From Pelagomonas calceolata (lineage: Eukaryota), in the NCBI GenBank assembly GCA_918797485.1, contig CAKKNE010000001.1, positions 2,418,001 through 2,482,000 of the forward strand: DNA of 64,000 nucleotides, read 5' to 3'. Positions 39,733 through 48,352 of this stretch are shown here, in pieces; positions within the stretch are counted from its first letter, which is position 1; every line of letters starts with the position of its first letter. Under the pieces are notes generated by a model. It saw only the letters and a program-made list of their open reading frames with translations, had not been told where the DNA came from and did not search any database. The translations under genes and the position numbers were made by a program.

Positions 39733-39945
39733 GCAGGCTGAAGTCTTTGTCGTCGCTTTTGCAGCGCTTCCTCGGCCGTACTCGCGCGGCGCGCTTTTTG
39801 CGGCTACGCCCAGCGTCCAGTTGCAAGCGCAGCGCCCCTCCAGGCCCTTAGAAAGAGTCTCAGTGCAAGAGCAGCGCCCAGCACTAGTTCAGCCCCACCA
39901 CGGTATCCAACGCCCGCACCGGCGCAACAAAAGCCAATAAAAACG

Positions 39946-41022
39946 ATGGCGAGCTACGCCGTCGAGGACCGCAGCGTGCGCGCGATACCCGCAAACGAGC
40001 CCGAGGTCACGGGCGACTACGCGGCGCACGTCTCGAAGACGATGAAGCTCGAGATCACGCACGCGGACGACGAGACGGTGGAGTTCGACCTGAGCGGCGT
40101 GGACGTGTCGTTTGCCAACGCCCTGCGACGCATCATGCTGGCGGAGGTGCCGACGATGGCCATCGAGACGGTGTACGTCGAGCAGAACGAGGGTGTCGTC
40201 CAGGACGAGGTCCTCGCGCACCGGCTGGGGCTCGTGCCCATCGCGGCGGACCCGCGGGATTTCGAAGAACTCCTAGATCCGGAGGACGCGACGGACGCGA
40301 ACACGATCGTCTTCGGCTTAGAAGTAAGGGCGCCGCCGAACACGCGGCCGAACCCCATCCCCTCGGCGCGGAGGGTCGACCGGCTGCCGGGCACACCGTT
40401 GCCGCACCAGGACTCCGATGACGAGGAGGAGGCGCGAAAGCCCGGCGGACATTTACACACCACCAAAGTCTATTCCGGGGACCTCAAGTGGCTCCCGCAG
40501 GGCGAGCAGGAGGCCTTCCTCGCGGGCCGGCCCGTCAAGCCCGTGCACGACGACATACTGTTAGCTAAGTTGAGACCGGGCCAGTCCATTGTGCTCGAGG
40601 CGCACGGCCGGAAGGGCATCGGCCAGGACCACGCGAAGTTCTCTCCGGTAAGTACGGCGGCCTACCGCATGCGCGCCGTCGTCGAGGTTTCCGACGACGA
40701 CGTGCCTCCCTATGTTCCGGTGAAGCGGCCGTCGATCTTCGACGAGGACGCGTCGCCGGACTGTACCGCTCGTTCTCGACCGCACGCGGCGCACGCCTGC
40801 AAGGTCTGCGAGCCGTTGTTATCGAAGCCGTCCTCCGAAAATTTCGCCGACAAGGTCCGGCTGACGCGGCGCGGCGACCACTTCCTCTTTCGCGTCGAGA
40901 CGGCGGGCCAGCTCGCGCCGCTGCGGATCGTCCGGGACGCCGTCGCGGTGCTGAAGGCGAAGTGCGACCACTGGCGGCGCGAGCTCGAGGTCGCGGGCGG
41001 CGGACTCTCGGAGGCGGCCTAA
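39946..41022 (+). CDS. RPC40: RNA polymerase I/III shared subunit AC40
   Basis: FANALRRIMLAEVPTMAIE, DEVLAHRLGLVPI, AKLRPGQ, KGIGQDHAKFSPV. Confidence 0.93.
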   Translation: MASYAVEDRSVRAIPANEPEVTGDYAAHVSKTMKLEITHADDETVEFDLSGVDVSFANALRRIMLAEVPTMAIETVYVEQNEGVVQDEVLAHRLGLVPIAADPRDFEELLDPEDATDANTIVFGLEVRAPPNTRPNPIPSARRVDRLPGTPLPHQDSDDEEEARKPGGHLHTTKVYSGDLKWLPQGEQEAFLAGRPVKPVHDDILLAKLRPGQSIVLEAHGRKGIGQDHAKFSPVSTAAYRMRAVVEVSDDDVPPYVPVKRPSIFDEDASPDCTARSRPHAAHACKVCEPLLSKPSSENFADKVRLTRRGDHFLFRVETAGQLAPLRIVRDAVAVLKAKCDHWRRELEVAGGGLSEAA

Positions 41023-41166
41023 GTTCTAAGCGTCGGTAGTCTACCTAGGCCCTCGCGGCGGCGGGCGTTCATGGCATACCCATCGCCTCTGGGCTTACGC
41101 AACCGTGACCGACAACGTACATGACAAGTCCTAGACTTCACGTTATGATAATGGACAAGAGGGGGT

Positions 41167-42093
41167 TCAGGAGCCGCCCGGCGGCACGAGGAAGTCCACG
41201 ACGAGCCCAAGGACGTCGTCGACCAGCTTTCCGTCCGTACACTTGCGCGCGTAGGAGCACCACACGCGGCGGTGCGCCCGCACGTGGGCCGCCCAGCCGC
41301 CCGCCGCCGCGACGGCGTCGGCGAAGGCCCACGCGTCGGCGTTCGCCGCGCCGCGCGGGAGCAATAAGAGGCGGTCCGTGCCGACGACCGTCGCCCCGGC
41401 CCGCATGAGGAGAGGCACGGCGCTGCGCCGGCCGCGGCGGAGTGCGTCCGCGAGCGGCGTGATGCCGTCGGCCCGAGGTAGGTTCGGGTCCGCGCCGGCG
41501 GCCAGTAAAGCTCCGACGACGGCCTTGGGCGCGCCCGACCGCGTCGCCACGTGCAACGGCCCCCAGCCGCAGAAGTCCGCGTCCGGGTCGGCGCCAAAAT
41601 CTAACAACACCTGGACGCACTCGGCGCACTTGCCGGCGGCGCGCGTCAGCGGCGTGAGGCCGTGATTGTCGCACCGGTCGGGGTCTCCGCCCTTTTCCAG
41701 CAGCAGGCGCAGGCATTCAGTATGGCCGCCGAGCGCCGCGCCGTGGAGGGGCGTGAGCCCGGCCGCGTGGTTCGCGCGGTTCGGGTCCGCGCCCGCGGCC
41801 AGCAGCAGCTCGACGCAGGCGGTGCGCCCGTTGCCCGCCGCGTGGTGCAACGGACTGAGGCCGCGCGCGTCGGCGACGTCCGGCGCGACGCCGGCGTCGA
41901 TGAGGGACGCCAGGCAGTAGGCGAAGCCCTTCTCAGCGGCGTTCGTCAGACTCTCCTCGTTGTCGGCGTCGTTCTGGAGCAGCCGGCAGATGCGGCAAGC
42001 GCCCGGCGTGCACTTGTGCCGCGCGAGGATTTGCGCGAAGCACTTCTGGTGGCAGGGCGTGGCCAGCGGATCCGGTTGCGTCGGGAGGCGCAT
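41167..42093 (-). CDS. ankyrin-repeat protein
   Basis: SPLHHAAGNG, TPLHGAALGG, TPLTRAA, GPLHVA; LLAAGADPN. Confidence 0.88.
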   Translation of the reverse strand: MRLPTQPDPLATPCHQKCFAQILARHKCTPGACRICRLLQNDADNEESLTNAAEKGFAYCLASLIDAGVAPDVADARGLSPLHHAAGNGRTACVELLLAAGADPNRANHAAGLTPLHGAALGGHTECLRLLLEKGGDPDRCDNHGLTPLTRAAGKCAECVQVLLDFGADPDADFCGWGPLHVATRSGAPKAVVGALLAAGADPNLPRADGITPLADALRRGRRSAVPLLMRAGATVVGTDRLLLLPRGAANADAWAFADAVAAAGGWAAHVRAHRRVWCSYARKCTDGKLVDDVLGLVVDFLVPPGGS

Positions 42094-42433
42094 GTTTTGC
42101 TCACTGATTGCTTGACGATAGCGCGTTATGATAAGTGGCAATGCGTGCACGGCGCGCGTTATGACAAATTACAATGCGTCTACCGCGTATCGTGCAGCTG
42201 ACTAGAGTCGGCAATGCAGTAAAGTGAGATGCGAATGGATTTAGGATACAAAAAGCTGCACACCATCGCCTCAGGTAGTGGGCGGCACGGTGCAATAACC
42301 TTGTGACAAATCGCGATGCCTGCTGGCGAGCAGCAAGAGCGCGCGAAGGAGGACGTGGGGGCGGCAGCCTCAAACTGTACGAATAGAGATCCCCCCCCCC
42401 CCCACCTCCCCCCCCCACCTCAGGCCATCGACA

Positions 42434-43180
42434 TTACTCGGGCAGCGGCTTCGCCTCGTCAGACGCGTAGGACTCGTCGTCCAGGTACAAGAGTCGCGTC
42501 CCGCGGCCCTCGAACTGGCCCTTCCACGCGCGGCCCATGGCCTTGCACTGCGCGTGCGACACGACGACGTCGAGGAAGTGCAGGGGACAGACCTTCTTCG
42601 CGCGGTGCTTCTCCATCGTGATCAAGTTTAGTGACCGCGATGCGCCCGTCTTCAGTAATGAATGACCGAATCGAGCGGTAAGAGACCCCCACTGCCACAC
42701 CATCGAGCCGGCCTCGCGTCGATGGTGTGGAGGTCATGGTTGAGCCGTGGTGCACGCGTCGCGACAATTTGATTTATGCACTGCCTTCGACGTGCGGCGG
42801 CCGACGTGGCGTCGGACGCGCCGGCGCCGACGGCCGCGAAGACGGCGACGTAGCGCCAGCCGCGCCTCTGGTAGGCCACGGCCTGCCGCGTGAGCCAGGC
42901 GCGGTGGCGCGGGTTCGGCTCGAAGGCGACGACGCACATACTTTCTTTGTCGGTGCGCCAATTCGCACCGAAGACCTCGTCGTAGTCCAAACACCCGAAC
43001 CTCGACGCGAGCTTTAGGATGGTGTGCCAGAGCGCGTACTGGTCCTTGAACGTGCACCTATTGTGAAACCAGGCACTCATGAAGCCGCGGCCCTCCTCGC
43101 TGTCTCGCACATAAAACCGCGAGCCCTTGACCTGCCACCGGAGCCGGCTCTCGGGCCCGCCCGCCACGTAGTTCCACCTG
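42434..43180 (-). pseudogene. fragmented FkbM-like methyltransferase / glycosyltransferase-like chimera interrupted by a repeat
   Basis: VAFEPNPRH...AAVG and C-terminal LDDESY in different frames, separated by an insert at ~42625-42790; no start codon. Confidence 0.45.
42625..42790 (-). mobile_element. introner-like repeat fragment with a perfect 12-bp hairpin
   Basis: CCACACCATCGA (42695-42706) / TCGATGGTGTGG (42719-42730); AAATCAAATT 5' part; resembles, from memory, the repeated intron family of pelagophytes. Confidence 0.5.
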
Positions 43181-43678
43181 AGCGGTGCGCGCTACCACGA
43201 CAACCCCCACGTCTTTTCCAAACCCGACGCGCTCTTCTATTTCCACATGGAGCACAAATATCACGGAGTTAGCCACCAGCGCTGCTACGAGACGTTGAAA
43301 TACGTGAGCGAAAAGCTCGCGTTGCCCCGGCAGCCGCTGCACGAGACGCACACGCAGGAGGGGAACCGGCACGCCGCGGCAAAGATCCGCGCATCCCCGG
43401 CCCGCGTCGTGCTCGTGGCGTGGGAGCACCGCAACATCCCGCTCCTCGCCGAGGCCTTAGGGTACTCGGACTCGAACCCGGAATTCAAGCAGGAGCTGGA
43501 GAAGTGCCATAGCAAGCTGGGCGGTTGGCCAACGGACGCCGACTTCGACTTCGTGTATACCTTTAGCTACGACACCGGTTCCGACCGATTGGTCGGCTTC
43601 TCCTGCCGCCACGAGGGCGTCACGCCGTTCATCCCGGCCGACGCGTACGACAACTGCAACAAACACGACGACTGTTAA
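43172..43678 (+). pseudogene. N-terminally truncated histidine-phosphatase (PGM-like) fragment
   Basis: RCYETL, VLVAWEHRNIP, WP..DFD motifs; in-frame stop at 43169-43171 and no RHG motif upstream. Confidence 0.45.
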
Positions 43679-43688
43679 GTATATCACA

Positions 43689-44639
43689 TTAGTCGCCGGC
43701 ACACATCTCACGAACCACGCGGTCGAAGAGCTCCAGGTAGAACTCAGGCACGGGCGCCGGCGCCGCGCCGACGATGCGGTGCGGCCGATCAAAAACACAG
43801 GGCGGGAAGACGCGGCCCGGGATCCCCGCCTCGTTCGGCCCCGCGTCTTCGTACGCCCCCCGCGGCAACGCACTGAACCCGAGCACCCGCAGGACGCGGT
43901 CCGCGCAGGCCACGAGCAGCGCCGTCGCCGGGTGGTTCTGCGTGAGGAAGAGCGGCGACGCGGGGCGGCCGCCCGCCTCGACGACGTCGGCGACGCGGAC
44001 GTCGAGCGGCGCCTCGCGCCGCCGCAGGTTCGCCAGCGAGTCCGCCGTCCGTGCGCGCAGCTCGAAGAGGTCGCTGTCGGCTGTGCCGCGCTTGAGCGAC
44101 GCGCGGACGGCCCGAGCGGCCTCCACGAATGTCTCGTCGTGCGCGCGCGCGCGCCGCGCCACGGCCGCCCGGACCGCCGCGGCGCCGCGCGCGCAGACGG
44201 CACCGCGCGTCATGTAAAGCGGAAAGCAGCACTCGTCGTACAAGTACGCGAAGCCGACGCGCTTCGCTTTTTGAGGGAGCAGCGCCCAGGCGCCGGACTC
44301 CGTCGTGGCGAAACGCCCGTGCTTCGCGCCGATCGGCTGGTAGACGACCAGGGCGCAGGCGCCGAGCAGGGCTTTTTGAGCCGGCGTGAAGTCCTCCGCG
44401 CGGCGGTCGACGAGGTCGTGGACAGCAATGAAACGCACGCGCGGGTACGATCGTTTGAATTCGGGCGATTTTGACAGCCAGTACGCGAGCCCGCGCCCCT
44501 GGCAGTTCGTGTAGAACACCACGAGCGGGCCGGCGTCGGCGGCGGCGTCGGCGGCGTCGACGACCGTCGACGCGAGCGCCGCCGACGCCTCTGTTTTTCC
44601 GAGGTAGGCGGCGAGGCTCTTGAGGTTCAGAGCCGCCAT
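43689..44639 (-). CDS. WcbI-like polysaccharide biosynthesis (acyltransferase-like) protein
   Basis: VFYTNCQ, VVYQPI, LFLTQNHP motifs characteristic of the WcbI family. Confidence 0.7.
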   Translation of the reverse strand: MAALNLKSLAAYLGKTEASAALASTVVDAADAAADAGPLVVFYTNCQGRGLAYWLSKSPEFKRSYPRVRFIAVHDLVDRRAEDFTPAQKALLGACALVVYQPIGAKHGRFATTESGAWALLPQKAKRVGFAYLYDECCFPLYMTRGAVCARGAAAVRAAVARRARAHDETFVEAARAVRASLKRGTADSDLFELRARTADSLANLRRREAPLDVRVADVVEAGGRPASPLFLTQNHPATALLVACADRVLRVLGFSALPRGAYEDAGPNEAGIPGRVFPPCVFDRPHRIVGAAPAPVPEFYLELFDRVVREMCAGD

Positions 44640-44794
44640 CTCTGCGCTGCTGAGGGAGAGGCGGTTGGTGTGTGCTCGGTTACCGGTGCTCTCCAGCAAG
44701 TTTACCAGTCTAGGAGTTGGTGGTTAAAATTTTTTTGAACAGTCAGTGCTGACGGAAATTGCATCAATGCGGCCAAAAAGTCCTGGGCTGCTTG

Positions 44795-44815
44795 CTAGCG
44801 ACAGTAAGACACTAG
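44795..44815 (-). promoter_or_regulatory. CTAG-box motif copy (divergent promoter)
   Basis: Minus strand CTAGTGTCTTACTGTCGCTAG, equidistant (~160 bp) from both ATGs. Confidence 0.65.
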
Positions 44816-44975
44816 CCAAGGATAAAAAATTATTGGGCGCACGGCCGCGGCAAGCAGCCGGACAGTGACGGGGCAGCGCGTGCATCCGCGCGTCGGCGTC
44901 GCACGCAGCCGTGCAGCAGGGCTGCCCCATTTTTGTTTGCAGCAACACTTGCCAACAAGCCCAGAGACAGAGGAC

Positions 44976-46220
44976 ATGGGCGGCTCGTCGCCGCGGATCA
45001 GCCGGACGACGCTGCCGACCGTGGCGCGGCGCGACAAAGACCGCCGCCGCGGTCGGCGGCGGCCGGCGGCGCCCTGGGCCGCGCTGATTCTCGTCGTGGG
45101 CGTCAACTGCGCGCTCTACTCGCTGCTCCAGTCGAAGAAGGAGGCGGCGCGCCTCGACGCGTCGCTGGACGCGACGGTGGCGTGGCGGGAGCGGGCGCTC
45201 GCGGCCGAGGAGACGGTCGCGGCGCTGGCCGAGCGGCTCGGCGCGCCGCCGCCGCCGCCGCCGCCGCCGCCCCGGCCCCGGCCTCCTCCAATAGCGCACC
45301 AGCCAGTACATAAAGAGGAGCCGGTGAGCGACGCGTTGCCTCCCTTCTACGGAACCGGCGTCAAGATCGTCGGCCTCGACACCTGCGACGCCTACCGAAA
45401 GCAACAGAAGCCCCACATTCGGCGGTGGGCGCCCGCGGGCATGTTCAACACGGGCACGAACACATTATTAGATCTCATGCACATGAACTGCCAGTTCCCG
45501 GACCGCACGGGCCGCCACGGCTTCTGGCAGGTGCCCTGGGGGAAGCACAACCCGCTGTCGTGGCGCGGCGCGCACTGGGCGCCGCAGTTCCAGGGCGAGC
45601 GGCGCTTCCGGCCGGACCCTTTATCAATTTTGCCGGTCGTGGTGGTCAAGGACCCGACGACGTGGATGAAGTCCATGTGCCGCAACCAGTACGAGTGCCG
45701 GTTCCGGCACCGGCCGTCGCACCGGAGCGCCGCGTGCCCGTCGCCCGTGAAGGAGACGCAGACGACGATGCGCTACCAGCCGACGAAACCCTCGTTCTAC
45801 GACTCGCTGCCCCACTTCTGGCGGGCCTGGAACGGCGAGTATCTGAACAGCACGGCGCCGCGCTTATTGATCCGCTTCGAGGATTTGCTCTGGAACTCGG
45901 AGGAGACGATCCGCAAAGTCTGCACCTGCGTCGGCGGCCGGCCGCTCCGGCGCTTCTCGCAGGCCCACGGCGTGTCCAAGGACGCGCGCCTCGGCCACGT
46001 CGGCCCCGTGAACGACCGCGCTAAAGCGTTGAGGCTGTATGGGTCGGAGGCGGAGCGCTTCCGCCACTACACGCGCGAGGACCTCGAGTACGTCCGGGAC
46101 GTCGCGGGCGCGTCGCCGCTCTTTCGAGCGCTGGGCTACGACTTTGACGTCGACGACGCGCTCCGCGTCGGCGCGTCGCGGCGGCGGCTGCGGTTCGGGG
46201 GAAATTTAAGTAGGTTTTAA
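44976..46220 (+). CDS. type II membrane sulfotransferase-like protein
   Basis: TM anchor + stem; GMFNTGTN PAPS-loop-like, WQVPWGKH, VKDPTTWMKSMC, IRFEDLL. Confidence 0.8.
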   Translation: MGGSSPRISRTTLPTVARRDKDRRRGRRRPAAPWAALILVVGVNCALYSLLQSKKEAARLDASLDATVAWRERALAAEETVAALAERLGAPPPPPPPPPRPRPPPIAHQPVHKEEPVSDALPPFYGTGVKIVGLDTCDAYRKQQKPHIRRWAPAGMFNTGTNTLLDLMHMNCQFPDRTGRHGFWQVPWGKHNPLSWRGAHWAPQFQGERRFRPDPLSILPVVVVKDPTTWMKSMCRNQYECRFRHRPSHRSAACPSPVKETQTTMRYQPTKPSFYDSLPHFWRAWNGEYLNSTAPRLLIRFEDLLWNSEETIRKVCTCVGGRPLRRFSQAHGVSKDARLGHVGPVNDRAKALRLYGSEAERFRHYTREDLEYVRDVAGASPLFRALGYDFDVDDALRVGASRRRLRFGGNLSRF

Positions 46221-46590
46221 TGTTCATAGTCCTCGAAGCGCGCCGTACGGTTGCCCGGAAGATGCATTGTCTTGAAGGTTCGGTGCGCCGTGTCGACGAG
46301 CTGGTCGTGCAGGCCCGGCCGGCGCTCTCGCAAAAACTTGGCCGTCTTGCCGAAGTCGAGGAGCGTCGCGCGGAGGTCCTCGGGCGTGAGCTTTTTTGAG
46401 GTGGACTCGGCCTTGATCTTCGTCGTCGGGGGCAGGGTCGGAGCATGTCAAGCTCGCTCAGGGGCGTGCCCTCGACGCGTTCAGCGAGCCCGACAAACGT
46501 CGTCGTCGGCTGGCCCGCGTCGTCGATGGCGACGTAGCCCATCGTCCGCGGGGCCAGATCGGGCGCGGCCGCGTGGACCTCGGCCTGGGA
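46217..46590 (-). pseudogene. protein-kinase-like remnant
   Basis: AERVEGTPLSEL and LLDFGKT in different frames; catalytic loop missing; 5' end abuts repeat family 2. Confidence 0.45.
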
Positions 46591-46594
46591 GTCG

Positions 46595-46645
46595 ATGTTA
46601 CGGTGCTGGGGGGGAGACACCGCGCGTCGCCGATTCATCGGCGGC
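46595..46645 (-). repeat. dispersed repeat family 2
   Basis: Reverse complement GCCGCCGATGAATCGGCGACGCGCGGTGTCTCCCCCCCAGCACCGTAACAT. Confidence 0.8.
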
Positions 46646-46753
46646 GGGCGCGGGCCGCTTCTTTCATACACCCACAATTTACGCCCCTTCGCGCCGCGGG
46701 TACCTCCTCCTCCACCTCATCAACGACTGCGTCGCCCACGGCAGCGCAGCACT

Positions 46754-47914
46754 CTAGGCGCCCCGCGGGATGGCGCCGGCCCCGGCCGTTCTCTGAGAAA
46801 GGTGGTAGTCGCGCTCTGCATGCAAAAACAGTGAAGAGCGAGGCAAATTCCGATGGAAGACACAGGCCCGCGCGAAACCACTCGATAATTTCTTCGTCGT
46901 CGAGCAGGTCCAGGAAAGCAATAAATTTGCCGTTGCAGAAGTCGCAGACCTATGAGTACGAGTGGAACATGAGAGGACACAAAATGGACGCTGGTCGCTC
47001 GCCCAGAGGCGGTGGATCTCCGACCACTCGGGGTGGTCGTTCCGCAGGTCCTCCGGGTCCGCGTAGTACGTCAGGTGGATCTTGCCCGCGCCGTCGACGA
47101 CCGCGAGCGTCTTCCGGAACCGGTGGCGCGTCTTGCGGCCGCGGCTCGCCCGAATCACGGCGCAGCAGTGCAACGCGCAACCCTGGCAGCAGTTCGGCCG
47201 CCGAGGCGCGCTCGCGGCGGCGGCGTCGCGGCAGTCGTCGCTGATCGACTCCGCCGCTTTGGCCAGGCGCTGCCACTTCCTCTTCTCCGCGCCGCTCGAG
47301 TTCTCCGCCCGTTGCTCGAAGAACGTCCTCCACTTCTTGGGCGCGACGCCGGCCTGGCCGCGGTGCGGCCGCACGCCTGCAGCGATGCAGGCCACGGCGA
47401 TGCGGTCGCGCGGGCGTCTATACCGCGGATCATTGATGTCGCCGCCCTGGGCGACGACGGCCGACTCGATCCATGACGGGTGCTCGGCCGGCGGCGCCCA
47501 GCCCGACGGGTAGCCCGTGCCACCTCCCAAGATCGGCGGCGCGTCGTCGACCGGGATCGGAGGCAACTTCTTTTTACCTTTTGGGCGCCGCGGGCGCGGG
47601 ATCGCCGCTAAGCGGTCGCGACGCTTTTGCGGCCAAAACGTCTCGTGAGGCTCCCGATGCTCCGCTTTGATGTCCGCCGGCAGCGGTTCTTCGTCGTCGT
47701 CGTCGTCGTCGGAGGAGGAGGAGGACGAGGACGAGGAGCCGGAGCCGGAGCTCGAGGAGCCGCTGCTGCTTCTGCTGCTGCTACTGCTGCTGGAGGAGGA
47801 CCTTCCTCGGCCGCGGCGGCTCGCGCGGCCGCTTTTCTTGTTTTTCTGCTTCTGCGCGGCGGCTTTGCGCTGCTTGCGCGCCTTGGATCGGAGGCTCCCG
47901 CCCGACTTTGACAT
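46754..47914 (-). CDS. hypothetical protein (Lys/Ser/Asp-rich N-terminus), 3' end possibly degraded
   Basis: ATG start and low-complexity nuclear-protein-like N-terminus; last ~80 aa look out of frame. Confidence 0.45.
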   Translation of the reverse strand: MSKSGGSLRSKARKQRKAAAQKQKNKKSGRASRRGRGRSSSSSSSSSRSSSGSSSSGSGSSSSSSSSSDDDDDDEEPLPADIKAEHREPHETFWPQKRRDRLAAIPRPRRPKGKKKLPPIPVDDAPPILGGGTGYPSGWAPPAEHPSWIESAVVAQGGDINDPRYRRPRDRIAVACIAAGVRPHRGQAGVAPKKWRTFFEQRAENSSGAEKRKWQRLAKAAESISDDCRDAAAASAPRRPNCCQGCALHCCAVIRASRGRKTRHRFRKTLAVVDGAGKIHLTYYADPEDLRNDHPEWSEIHRLWASDQRPFCVLSCSTRTHRSATSATANLLLSWTCSTTKKLSSGFARACVFHRNLPRSSLFLHAERDYHLSQRTAGAGAIPRGA

Positions 47915-48352
47915 CTCCTTTTATGGGGTCGCCGCCTGATTGCTTGCCTGCCGCCCCTAAAAAAATAATTCCCAGAAGCCTTCCAACAACGCGGTGGACC
48001 AGTTTTTGGACGACAGGAGGCGCTACGGTCACGTCGCACCTCAGGATGGCACCTAGGCCTCGACGTGAACGAACACAAGAGAGAGCTGCACACACAGCAG
48101 CTTGGGGAGCGCAGGCGCGGGAGCAATGGAGCTGCCTGCCCCATGCCCTCAGCCTGAGGCTGCCCATGCTGCACCAAATTTGGCAGGGCGCCAGCGGATG
48201 TGCTCAGGACCACGCCGCAGCGCGGCCCTTGCGAGGTACGGTCCGCGCGGCCCGCAATATGCAAAGCCCCTCCCGCTCGAGGCGAACGGACCTGGAGCGA
48301 CAATTGGCTAGTAGGCTGATGAGCCTGGGGAGCAATAGACAGACACACTAAC

